A stretch of 64,000 nt of DNA, taken from contig CAVTTN010000002.1 of NCBI GenBank assembly GCA_963737655.1, positions 3,008,001-3,072,000 on the forward strand. The letters run 5' to 3'. Of the stretch, positions 55,084 through 64,000 are shown piece by piece; position 1 is the stretch's first letter, and the number at the start of each line of letters is the position of its first letter. The position numbers were made by a program, and so were the translations under genes. The notes beneath the pieces were generated by a model that was given only the letters and a program-made list of their open reading frames with translations, did no database searches and had not been told where the DNA came from. The stretch comes from an uncultured Planctomycetota bacterium. GTDB lineage: Bacteria > Planctomycetota > Planctomycetia > Isosphaerales > Isosphaeraceae.

Positions 55084-56190
55084 ATGCCCCCGAGCGACTT
55101 CCCCCTGAAGCGGATCGACCACGTCCGGTTCGTCGTCGGCAACGCCCGGCAATCGGCCTATTTTTATCGGAATGCGTTCGGGTTCGACGTCGTCGCCTAT
55201 TCCGGGCTCGAGACCGGGGTGCGCGACCGGGCCAGCTACGTTTTGCGACAGGGAGAGATCACGTTCGTCCTCTCCTCGCCGCTCAGCCCGGATAACCCCG
55301 ACAATGACCGGTTGATGTCTCACGGCGACGGCGTGGAATCGATCGCCCTGGAGGTCGAGGACGTGCCGGCGGCCTACGAGGCCGCCGTTTCGCGGGGCGC
55401 GGTCGGCCTGACCCCTCCGAAGCTCCTGGAAGACGATCACGGCGTCCTGGTCGTCGCCGAGATCGCCGCCTACGGCGACACCCGCCATGCCTTCATCGAC
55501 CGATCCCGATATGGCGGCGTCTTCGCGCCCGGGTACAAGCCCATCGACCCCGACCGATACAGCCCCCGGAGCTTCCGCGCCTGCGGCCTCCACGCGATCG
55601 ACCACGTCGTGGCGAACGTCGAGGAGGGGAAGATGGACGAGTGGGTCCACTTCTACGCCAAGGTCATGGGCTTCTCCCTGCTCGCGTCGTTCGACGACAC
55701 CGACATCAGCACCGAGTACTCGGCGCTGATGTCCAAGGTCGTCTCCGACGGCCAGGGCCGGATCAAGTTCCCGATCAACGAGCCGGCGAAGGGCCGCCGT
55801 CGGTCCCAGATCGAGGAATACCTCAAGTTCCACAACGGGCCGGGCGTCCAGCACATCGCGATGGCCACGGAGGACATCGTCGAGACCGTCCGCGCCATGC
55901 AGGCCAACGACGTCTCGTTCCTCCGGGTCCCGGCCGCCTACTACGAGATGCTGCCCGACCGCGTCGGCGAGATCCAGGAGGCGATCTCGGACCTCGCCGA
56001 GCTCGGCATCCTCGTCGATCGCGACGACGAAGGTTACCTCCTCCAAATCTTCACCAAGCCCGTTTCCGACCGCCCCACCGTCTTCTTCGAAATCATCGAA
56101 CGACGGGGCGCCCGCAGCTTCGGCAAGGGCAACTTCAAGGCCCTCTTCGAGTCGATCGAGCGTGAGCAAGAGAAACGCGGGACCCTGTAG
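55084..56190 (+). CDS. hppD: 4-hydroxyphenylpyruvate dioxygenase
   Basis: IDHVVANV, KFPINEP..SQIEEYL..GPGVQHIA, LLQIFTKP..FFEIIER..FGKGNFKALFESIEREQ. Confidence 0.96.
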   Translation: MPPSDFPLKRIDHVRFVVGNARQSAYFYRNAFGFDVVAYSGLETGVRDRASYVLRQGEITFVLSSPLSPDNPDNDRLMSHGDGVESIALEVEDVPAAYEAAVSRGAVGLTPPKLLEDDHGVLVVAEIAAYGDTRHAFIDRSRYGGVFAPGYKPIDPDRYSPRSFRACGLHAIDHVVANVEEGKMDEWVHFYAKVMGFSLLASFDDTDISTEYSALMSKVVSDGQGRIKFPINEPAKGRRRSQIEEYLKFHNGPGVQHIAMATEDIVETVRAMQANDVSFLRVPAAYYEMLPDRVGEIQEAISDLAELGILVDRDDEGYLLQIFTKPVSDRPTVFFEIIERRGARSFGKGNFKALFESIEREQEKRGTL

Positions 56191-56240
56191 CATCCGGAAA
56201 AGCACCCATTTCGGGATGGTGCATTTCATGCACCCTACCT

Positions 56241-56966
56241 ATGCGCGGTCCACTCCCGGAAATCCGTTCCCTCCGCGACTTCTACGCCTTCGAGCAGCAC
56301 GTCAAGACGTGCCGGGGCCATCGCGGACTCGACATGGTCCCCGAATGGTATCGAATCCCGGCGTTCTACTTCGGCAACCCCGCCGGCATCCTCGGACACG
56401 ACGCCCCGGTCTTCGCCCCGATCGGCTCGAACGCGCTGGACTTCGAGCTGGAAATCGCCTGCGTGATCGGCTCTCCGGCACGCGATCTGCCCGAAGATGA
56501 TCGCGCGCTCGACTGCGTCGCCGGGTTTACGATCATGAATGACTGGAGCGCCCGGGACCTCCAGGCGATCGAGATGAAGGTCGGCCTCGGCCCGAGCAAG
56601 GGGAAGGATTTCGCCACCTCGCTCGGCCCCGAGCTGGTCTCCTTCGACGAGCTGGCCGTCGCCTACCGAGACGGCCGGCTCCACCTGGCGATGACGGCCT
56701 CGGTCAACGGCCGAATCCTCTCCCGAGGCGACTCCGGCACGATGCACTGGACCTGGCCGCAGGTCCTGGCGCACGCCAGCCGTGACGTGGACCTCCGCCC
56801 CGGCGACGCGATCGGCTCGGGGACCGTCGGCACCGGCTGCATCCTGGAGCTGACCCCGGAGGCGGTCGGGGGTTGGCTCAAGCCGGGCGACGTGGTGGAA
56901 TTGACCGTCGAACGGCTCGGGACTCTCCGCAACCGAATCGTCTCAAACCCCCGAACGGCCTCCTGA
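56241..56966 (+). CDS. Fumarylacetoacetate hydrolase family protein
   Basis: SLRDFYAFEQH, LDFELEIA, MNDWSARDLQ..GKDFATSLGP, GSGTVGTGC; lies between hppD and hmgA. Confidence 0.9.
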   Translation: MRGPLPEIRSLRDFYAFEQHVKTCRGHRGLDMVPEWYRIPAFYFGNPAGILGHDAPVFAPIGSNALDFELEIACVIGSPARDLPEDDRALDCVAGFTIMNDWSARDLQAIEMKVGLGPSKGKDFATSLGPELVSFDELAVAYRDGRLHLAMTASVNGRILSRGDSGTMHWTWPQVLAHASRDVDLRPGDAIGSGTVGTGCILELTPEAVGGWLKPGDVVELTVERLGTLRNRIVSNPRTAS

Positions 56967-56980
56967 CGAGGGCCCCTCCC

Positions 56981-58149
56981 ATGCCCCCGTATCTCCGGCT
57001 CGGATCGATCCCCCGGAAGCGCCACATCGCCCACCCGGCCTCGCCGGGGTATCGGGGCGAGGGGATCTATTATGAGGAAGTTATCACGATTGGAGGGTTC
57101 GGACGGGCTTATAGCATCGTCTATCACCTCCGGCCGCCGACCCGCGTCGTGAGGATCGAGCCCGCCGGGACGGTCCCCCTCGAATTCTCCGAGGAAACCG
57201 CCCTCCGCCACCACCACTTCAAGACGGGCCGGCTCGAACCCGGCGGCGACCCCGTCTCCGGCCGCATTCCGATCCTTGGAAATGACGATGTGTGCATGTT
57301 TCGGTGCCGCCCTGACCGCCCCCAGGCCGAACTCTTCCGCAACGCCGGGGCCGACGAGGTGATCTTCGTCCAGTCCGGCCGAGGGACGCTCCACACCCAG
57401 TTCGGCCCCCTGCCGTTCCGACCGTTCGATTATGTGGTGATCCCGCAATGCACCACGTATCGCCTCGAATTCGCCGCGGAAAGCCGCCCGGACTTGCTGA
57501 TCCTCGAATCGACGGGGACGGTCGCCGTCCCGCCGCGATATCTGAACCCGGACGGCCAGATCAAGCTGGGGGCCCCTATTCCGAACGGGATTTGCACGGC
57601 CCAGGCCGCCCCGAGCCGATCGACGAGGAGCGAGAGACGCCCGTCGTCATCAAGGACGGCCTCCGCCTGACCCGTTACGTGATGGCGAGCCATCCCTTCG
57701 ATGTCGTCGGCTGGGACGGCATGGCGTACCCCTTCACCTTCAACGCCGACGACTTCGAGCCGATCACGGGCACGGTCCACCAGCCCCCGCCCATCCAGCA
57801 GACCTTCGAAGCCCCCGGGTTCGTCGTCTGCACGTTCGCGCCCAGGATGCTGGACACCCATCCCGAGGCGATCAAGGTGCCGTATGCCCATTCGAACGTC
57901 CAGGCCGATGAGGTCCTGTATTACGTCCGGGGCCGATTCGGCAGTCGTCGAGGGGTCGAGGAGGCGTCGATCACGCTCCATCCCCGAGGCATCCCGCACG
58001 GCCCTCATCCCGGGACGATCGTCGCCAGCCGCGACATGACCCGGACCGACGAGCTCGCGGTGATGGTCGACACGTCTCGACCGCTGCGGATCGCCCGAGC
58101 CGCCCTGCCGATGGATGATCCTGCTTACCCGTTGAGCTGGATCGATTAG
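56981..58149 (+). CDS. hmgA: Homogentisate 1,2-dioxygenase (frameshift near 57570)
   Basis: PRKRH, RNAGADEVIFVQSG, HPFDVVGWDG, HQPPP, PYAHSNV..DEVLYY, LHPRGIPHGPHPG. Confidence 0.9.
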
Positions 58150-58170
58150 GGATCGCGAAACCAGCTCGGC

Positions 58171-59499
58171 CTATGAGCGGATGAGTTCGTGCACCGGCGA
58201 GGCCGTCCCCGGCAGGATCGTCACGGGGCGTCCCGTCGGGTCGCTGACGAAGCCGTGAGGGTCGATGCCGAGGTTGTGGTAGACCGTCGCGAGGACGTCG
58301 TGATAGTGGACAGGCCTCGACGCGGCGTAGGCGCCGAGGCGGTCGGTCGAGCCGATGTACTGGCCGACGTTCATGCCCCCTCCGGCGAGGATCGCGCTGT
58401 TGACCGGGGCCCAGTGGTCCCGGCCGGCTTGCTTGTTGATCTTCGGAGTCCGGCCGAACTCGCCCCAGACGAGGACCGTGACGTCCCGGTCGAGCCCCCG
58501 GGCGTGGATGTCCTCGACGAGGGCCGAGACGCCCTGATCGAACAGCGGCAGATGGCGGCGGAGGTGGTTGAAGTTGTCGCCGTGGGTGTCCCAGAACCCA
58601 TAGGCCACCGTCACGACCCGGGCCCCGGCCTCGACGAGTCGCCTCGCCGCCAGCAGCTGGTCATTCCACATCGGGGCGCCGTCGCCCAGGTGCTTCGCGG
58701 AGCCTCGCCCATAGCGGTCCCGCAACCTGGGGTCTTCTCGCTCGACGTCCAGCGCCTTCGCGACCTTGTCCGAGGCCAGAACGTCGAAGGCGCGGCGGTA
58801 CGTGCCGTCCATCGCTTCGAGGCTCTGCGAGTCGATCCGCCGCCTTAGCGAGTCGAACCGTTCGAGGAGGCCCTTGCGGCCCGAGAAGCGCTCGGCCGAG
58901 ACGGCGGTTTGCTCCATCAGGCGCTGGTCCTCGCCGTCCATCCTCGCTCCGGCGGCCGTGGGGCCGAGGAAGCCGGGGCCGGGGGCGTTGTAGGGCTTGT
59001 GCTGCATCGTGGGGAACAGGTCGATGAACGGCGGGACGACCGGGTCTCTCGGCCCTTGCACCCGCGACACGACCGAGCCGAAATGCGGCTTCCCCTCGCG
59101 CTGGCTGATCGATTGGTTGAAGCCGGTGAGGCTCTGGAAGCTCGAATGCTCGTCCCTCTGGCCGACGACCGAGCGAATCACGGCGATCTTGTCCATCGCC
59201 AGGGCCGTCATCGGCAGGAGCTCGCAGACCTGTAAGCCCGGGACGCGGCTGGCGATCGGCTTGAACTCGCCGCGGACCTCCTTGGGCGAATCCGGCTTCA
59301 AATCAAACGTATCCTGATGCGAAATCCCGCCCGATAGGTAGACCATGATGACCGACTTGCCCGACGACCCGCCCGAGGCCGCCTCGGCCCGGAGCAAATC
59401 CGGCAACGCCAGGCCGCCGAGGGCCAATCCGCCCAGGCGGAGGAACGACCGGCGGGTCACCCCGTCGCAGAAGGTCCGGCCCTCGGTGCCCTGGCTCAT
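58171..59499 (-). CDS. DUF1501 family protein with Tat signal
   Basis: CDGVTRRSFL; VYLSGGISHQDTFDLKP, WDTH, WGEFGRTPKIN..GRDHW. Confidence 0.92.
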   Translation of the reverse strand: MSQGTEGRTFCDGVTRRSFLRLGGLALGGLALPDLLRAEAASGGSSGKSVIMVYLSGGISHQDTFDLKPDSPKEVRGEFKPIASRVPGLQVCELLPMTALAMDKIAVIRSVVGQRDEHSSFQSLTGFNQSISQREGKPHFGSVVSRVQGPRDPVVPPFIDLFPTMQHKPYNAPGPGFLGPTAAGARMDGEDQRLMEQTAVSAERFSGRKGLLERFDSLRRRIDSQSLEAMDGTYRRAFDVLASDKVAKALDVEREDPRLRDRYGRGSAKHLGDGAPMWNDQLLAARRLVEAGARVVTVAYGFWDTHGDNFNHLRRHLPLFDQGVSALVEDIHARGLDRDVTVLVWGEFGRTPKINKQAGRDHWAPVNSAILAGGGMNVGQYIGSTDRLGAYAASRPVHYHDVLATVYHNLGIDPHGFVSDPTGRPVTILPGTASPVHELIRS

Positions 59500-59693
59500 C
59501 GTCGCCTCCCCCTCCCGATTCCTCGGATCACCGTCGAAGTTTAACATTCGCTGGAGCCTTCGGGAAGCGAGTCCTGGGCCGGTCGATGGTCGGGGGGGAA
59601 TTCTTTTGCAATCGCGCGTCGGCGGCCCGAGAATGCGGAGGCCCTTCGAGGGGCGACGTAACCCGTGCCGAGGTCAGGCTCTCCAGGAATTCG

Positions 59694-62345
59694 ATGATGA
59701 ACCGAAATGTGCGTTCGATGGCCCTCGCGGTCGCCCTGGCGGTCGCGTGGGGTTCGGGTGTCTTATCGCCGCGGGTTGCGTATGCCCAGATCAACCCCGA
59801 GGCCCTGAGGGCGGGCAAGGACGCCACGGCGTTGGTCGAGTCGGAGGACGAGGAAGGGGTCGCGGCCTCGGCGTTCTGCATCGATCCCGGGGGCCTCTTC
59901 GTGACCAGCGCCCACGCGGCCGAGGCCGGCTCCCGGTTCCGCCTGATCCTCCATGCGGGGCGGCCCACGCAGGTCACGGTGAAGGCCCGGGTCGTCCGGT
60001 CCGACAAGAAATCGGACCTCGCCCTGCTCCAGGCCGAGGGGGCCGGGCCGTTCCGGCCCCTGGAGCTGGGCCGGGACGACGAGCTGATCGAGACCATGGA
60101 CGTGGTCGCCTTCGGCTACCCGTTCGGCAAGGCCAAGGGCAGGCTGAAGGGGGAGGACGTCCCGAGCGTGAGCGTGAACACGGGGCGGATCACCTCGCTG
60201 CCGTCGCCCGGCGGGAAGCTCTCGGCGATCCAGCTCGACGTGGTGCTCAACCCGGGGAACTCGGGCGGGCCGGTCCTGGACCGGGCGGGGAAGGTGATCG
60301 GGGTGGTCCAGGGGGGCATCCGGGGCTCGGGGGTGAATTTCGCCGTCCCGGTCGGGAGGCTGGCCGAGATGCTCGAATCCCCCGTGGTCCTCCTGGAGGC
60401 CCCGGGCCTGAGCTTCGCCACGAGGCAAGCGCCGGCGGACTGGACCGTCCGCGTGATCCCCAAGGCCAGGGCCGAGGGGGCGACGGTGGGGATCGCCCTG
60501 TCGGTCGATGGCGGGGAGGCCCGGACGGTGGAGGCGAAGCCCTCGGGGCGAGGCGACGGCACGTTCGTGGCCCGGGTCGCCCCGGTGCCGGGCGGCGCCC
60601 CCGCGGCGGCGACCCTGGCGATCCGGGCCGAGTTCCCGGCCGGGCAGGTCGAGGGACGGATCGCCGACCGCGCCGTGACGGCCGGGGGCCGCACCCTCCG
60701 CCTCTCCGAGGTCGCCACGATCCGGACCGGGCCGCCCCCGACCCTGGTCCTCCACGAAGGGGCCGAGGTCCCCGCCGGACCGGCCGGGATCGGGGCCTCG
60801 ACGATCGACCTGGGCGGGCCCTCCGTGACGGTGGACCTGGCGAAGGCGTCCCGGGTCGAGCTGGAGAGGCCGAGGGCGGCGTCGGCCTCGTTGCGGTGTA
60901 CCGTGACCGTCCGCAAGGGGGGGACGCCGGTGGCGACCCTCGAACGGGGCTTCGAGCTGACCGAGGCGGGCGGCTCGACGGGCGCCCCGGGCGAGTCCGG
61001 CCCTCTCGCCGCGATCAAGTCGCCGGCGCTCGACTCCGACCGGGTCGAGATCAAGCTGCCCGGGGCCGTCACCGACGTCGTCCAGGCCGCCGGGGGCCGC
61101 CTCCTCCTCCTGGTCATGAGGGACCTGAAGAAGCTCGCCGTCTTCGACGTGAACGCCGGCAAGGTCGTCCGCCTCCTCGGCCTGCCGGCGGACGACGCCC
61201 TGGTGGTCGCCGGGTCGAGGAAGTTCCTGGTCCTCTCCACGTCCCAGGGGATCATCCAGCGCTGGGACCTCGCGACCCTGGAGCGGGAGCGGGTCTCTCC
61301 GATCCCCATCGAGGGCTCGGTCTGGGCCCTGGCGATGGGATCGGCGTCGAACGGGCCGGTCATGTACTTCGCCACGGCCGAGGGCCGGAACGGCTTCGGG
61401 GCCGCCTGGTTCGGGTTCCTCGACCTGGAGGGCCTGAGGCCGATCCGGGGCTTCACCCAGCTCAACGTCTGGATGGGCAATCGTCAGAACGTCCAGGGCG
61501 AGGCCCAGCAGGCCGGGAGGCTCACGTCGCCCCACTTCTCCCAGCCGAACGAGCGGGTCCAGCTCCGCGCGTCGCCCGGCGGTGAGGTGTTCGCGGCGTG
61601 GTCGATGACCCACTCGCCCGAGGGGATGCTCGACTTCATCTGGAAGGACAGGAAGACGCTGGAGACCGGCTACGAGCATTCCGGGGTGGGGTACCTCGTG
61701 CCGGGCCCCGACGCCCGGACCCTGTTCACCCGGAACGGCCTCTTCGGCCTGGACCTGAAGCCGGCCCGCGGCGACTCGCCGAAGATGGGGGCCCTGGTCC
61801 CGTCCACCTCGCCCGGATTCTTCGTCGGGCTCCAGGGCAAGAAGGCCTCGCTCTTCCTGCCCGGGAACACCTCCCCTCTGGTCGCGATCGGGGACCTCGC
61901 CGAGCTCGAACCCGCGGGGTCGCCGCCGCAACAGTACGGCCACCAGAACGCCGACCCGATCGCCGACAAGAGGGTCGTCTTCATCGTCGCGGCCGACCTC
62001 CTGGTGACGATCCCCAGGGGCCAGAACCTGATCGTCCTCCGCCGGGCGAGGCCCCTGGACCTCCTCCGCGCCTCCCGGATCGACTACCTCTTCGTCCAGT
62101 CGGTCCCGATCGCCGAGGCCGAGCGCGGCAAGGCCTATGAGTACGCCCTGAAGGTCCAGTCGCGGAAGGGCGGGGTGAAGTACGAGCTGAACAGCGGCCC
62201 GGACGGCATGGCGATCTCCCCGGAAGGCAAGCTCTCCTGGAACGTCCCCGGGGACTTCGCCGAGGACGAGGCCACCCCGGTCGTCCTGGTCAAGGACGCC
62301 GGAGGGCAGGAGGTCTTCCACACCTTCACGATCCGGGTGCGGTAG
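59694..62345 (+). CDS. Secreted S1 (trypsin-like) serine protease with beta-propeller-like region and C-terminal Ig domain
   Basis: Signal peptide; TSAHA, DLALL, NPGNSGGP triad; YELNSGPDGMAISPEGKLSW. Confidence 0.85.
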   Translation: MMNRNVRSMALAVALAVAWGSGVLSPRVAYAQINPEALRAGKDATALVESEDEEGVAASAFCIDPGGLFVTSAHAAEAGSRFRLILHAGRPTQVTVKARVVRSDKKSDLALLQAEGAGPFRPLELGRDDELIETMDVVAFGYPFGKAKGRLKGEDVPSVSVNTGRITSLPSPGGKLSAIQLDVVLNPGNSGGPVLDRAGKVIGVVQGGIRGSGVNFAVPVGRLAEMLESPVVLLEAPGLSFATRQAPADWTVRVIPKARAEGATVGIALSVDGGEARTVEAKPSGRGDGTFVARVAPVPGGAPAAATLAIRAEFPAGQVEGRIADRAVTAGGRTLRLSEVATIRTGPPPTLVLHEGAEVPAGPAGIGASTIDLGGPSVTVDLAKASRVELERPRAASASLRCTVTVRKGGTPVATLERGFELTEAGGSTGAPGESGPLAAIKSPALDSDRVEIKLPGAVTDVVQAAGGRLLLLVMRDLKKLAVFDVNAGKVVRLLGLPADDALVVAGSRKFLVLSTSQGIIQRWDLATLERERVSPIPIEGSVWALAMGSASNGPVMYFATAEGRNGFGAAWFGFLDLEGLRPIRGFTQLNVWMGNRQNVQGEAQQAGRLTSPHFSQPNERVQLRASPGGEVFAAWSMTHSPEGMLDFIWKDRKTLETGYEHSGVGYLVPGPDARTLFTRNGLFGLDLKPARGDSPKMGALVPSTSPGFFVGLQGKKASLFLPGNTSPLVAIGDLAELEPAGSPPQQYGHQNADPIADKRVVFIVAADLLVTIPRGQNLIVLRRARPLDLLRASRIDYLFVQSVPIAEAERGKAYEYALKVQSRKGGVKYELNSGPDGMAISPEGKLSWNVPGDFAEDEATPVVLVKDAGGQEVFHTFTIRVR

Positions 62346-62358
62346 CTCGGCCCGTCGC

Positions 62359-62392
62359 CCTCGGGGTCGCGATCGGCGCGTGACCCCGAGGG
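62359..62392. terminator. Hairpin between convergent genes
   Basis: CCTCGGGGTCGCG...CGTGACCCCGAGG inverted repeat; no clear U-tract. Confidence 0.5.
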
Positions 62393-62400
62393 AAACCGCC

Positions 62401-64000
62401 TCAGCCGGGAGTCGCCCATCGCTCGCGAAGGCCTGCCAGCCACTCGGAGGAGGGCAGGCCGTAGGGGCGGAACTTCTCCATCCGGGCCTGCTCCTCGCTG
62501 GCGAACAGGGCGCGGCTGGCCCGAGCTTGCTGGCCAGGGGGGAGTCGATCAGGTTGCTGGAGTCGCCGGGGCTCGATCTGGAAGAGAACGCGGAGCTCGA
62601 ACTCGCGGAGGGCCTGGCGGTCGAAGGCGCGATTGGCGTTGTTCAGCGAGTCGCACCAGATCAGGACGTGGACGCCGACCGGCGGGCCGTCTCGGAGGAG
62701 GGTGCCGAGGAGCTTGCCGGGGTTCGCCGGCTTGTCCTCGCCCCTCCGGGAGAAGCTGAAGTCGTCGTCCGACTTCCTCAGGTCGCGGAACCTCGGCATG
62801 TCGTGGATCAGGACGAAGCTCGGGGCCGATTCGGCGCCTCCTCCCTGGCGATCGGCCACCTCGGCCGAGGCTTCGGTGAGGATTCGGGCCGCGTCGCGGA
62901 TCCCGCCGACGGAGACCGAGTGCGGGAGGACCTCGGCGAGCTTCGCCAGGGTGCCGAAGAACGGCGAATCTTCGGGCGTCCCATCAAGGATGTAGAACTT
63001 CGAGGCGAGCGGCACCTGCGCCCCCAGGCCGAGGATGGCGGCGAACATCAGGCCGATGGCCATCTCGTCGTTCTGGCCGATGATCAGGAGGTTCGCGCCC
63101 CCTGGGCCCGGAACGTGGCGGCGGTGGGGTCCTTGATCGCCACGGCCTCGCCGAGCCAGGCGTGGGCGACACGCCCTCCGGCCGTGGCGAGCTCGCCCCT
63201 CGTCGCGAGGAAGGCCGGATGGCGGGCGAGGTCCGACGGCTTATTGCCTTCGAAGACGATCTGGTCCTTGCGGTCGAAGCCTTGCTGGCGGGCCATCTCG
63301 GCGAGCGTCTTGAGGTAGGCCTCGCGGCGGGCGTCGGGCAGCCAGACGACCTGGAAGATGTGGTTGCCCTCGCTCGATCCGTTGGAGTCGTTGTAGATCG
63401 CCTCGCCGGGCCTCGACAGGTTCCTCGCGGCGGCGTTGTCCTCGTTCAGGATCAGCTGGGCGTCGGCTTCCGAGCACTGGAGGGCCACCCGGATGGCCAT
63501 CTGCCCGAGCGTGCTCCTCGCGAGCGAATAGGCCCCGCTGAGGGTCTGTGAACCGAGGATCACGTGGACGCCGAAGGCCCGGCCTTGCCGGACCAGGCGG
63601 TCAAGGAGCAGGCTGGATTCCTGGGCGAGCTTGTCGTCCTCGACGAAAAATTCCTGGAACTCGTCCACGATGAACAGGATGCGAGGCATCGGCTTGCCGG
63701 TGGCCTGGCGATATCCGGCCACGTCCTGGACGCCGAGGTCCCGGTAGATGTCGCCCCGGGTCTTCAGCTCGACGTCCAGCCTCTGCAACACGCTGAGGCC
63801 GAACTCGCGCTCGCTCTCGACGGCGATCACCCGGGCGTGGGGCAGGCGGTGGGTGGCGTAGGTCTTGAACTCGACGCCCTTCTTGAAGTCGAGGAGGTAC
63901 AGCTCGATGTCGTCCGGGCTGTAGATCAGGGCCGCGTTGGTGATCAGGGCGTGCATCAGCGTCGATTTACCGGAACCGGTCCGGCCGGCGATCAGGACGT
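62401..64000 (-). CDS. C-terminal part of a multi-domain FtsK/SpoIIIE ATPase (EssC/EccC-like); frameshift near 63100 and probable compensating indels near 62520-62570
   Basis: VLIAGRTGSGKST at the window edge, LYLLDFKKGVEF, ILFIVDEFQEFF, QGRAFGVHVILGSQ; degenerate later domain with LLRDGPPVGVHV. Confidence 0.85.

Overview
High-GC window with the hallmarks of a planctomycete, probably Isosphaeraceae-like: PSD1/DUF1553 + DUF1501 genes, an ECF sigma-Ser/Thr kinase pair, a PVC-type CxxCH protein and 'LExRxLL' exported proteins. Many genes are split by single-base indels, mostly in G/C runs, probably long-read errors. Two loci stand out. (1) 2981-6922: a YcaO / B12-radical SAM / TfuA operon ending in an NHLP-clan-type precursor hidden by a frameshift (core ELVIMIA plus a Pro/Glu tail), a candidate new thioamide RiPP. 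(2) 22320-32613: a divergent LysR followed by two Nudix genes, a TIR-NB-ARC-TPR receptor with nine near-identical 144-bp repeats, an APH-like kinase, a TPR-S-like protein, a standalone RyR domain and a membrane RCK-RyR channel-like protein, a candidate nucleotide-signalling immune system. The rest holds an ECF/kinase-led export cluster, carbohydrate esterases, a hybrid histidine kinase, tRNA-Ala(CGC), a 2.7k-aa adhesin, a porin with an internal amber codon, a decayed GH3 gene, hppD-FAH-hmgA, a secreted S1 protease and the 3' part of an EssC-like FtsK ATPase. All family calls come from motif recognition by eye; no database search was run.
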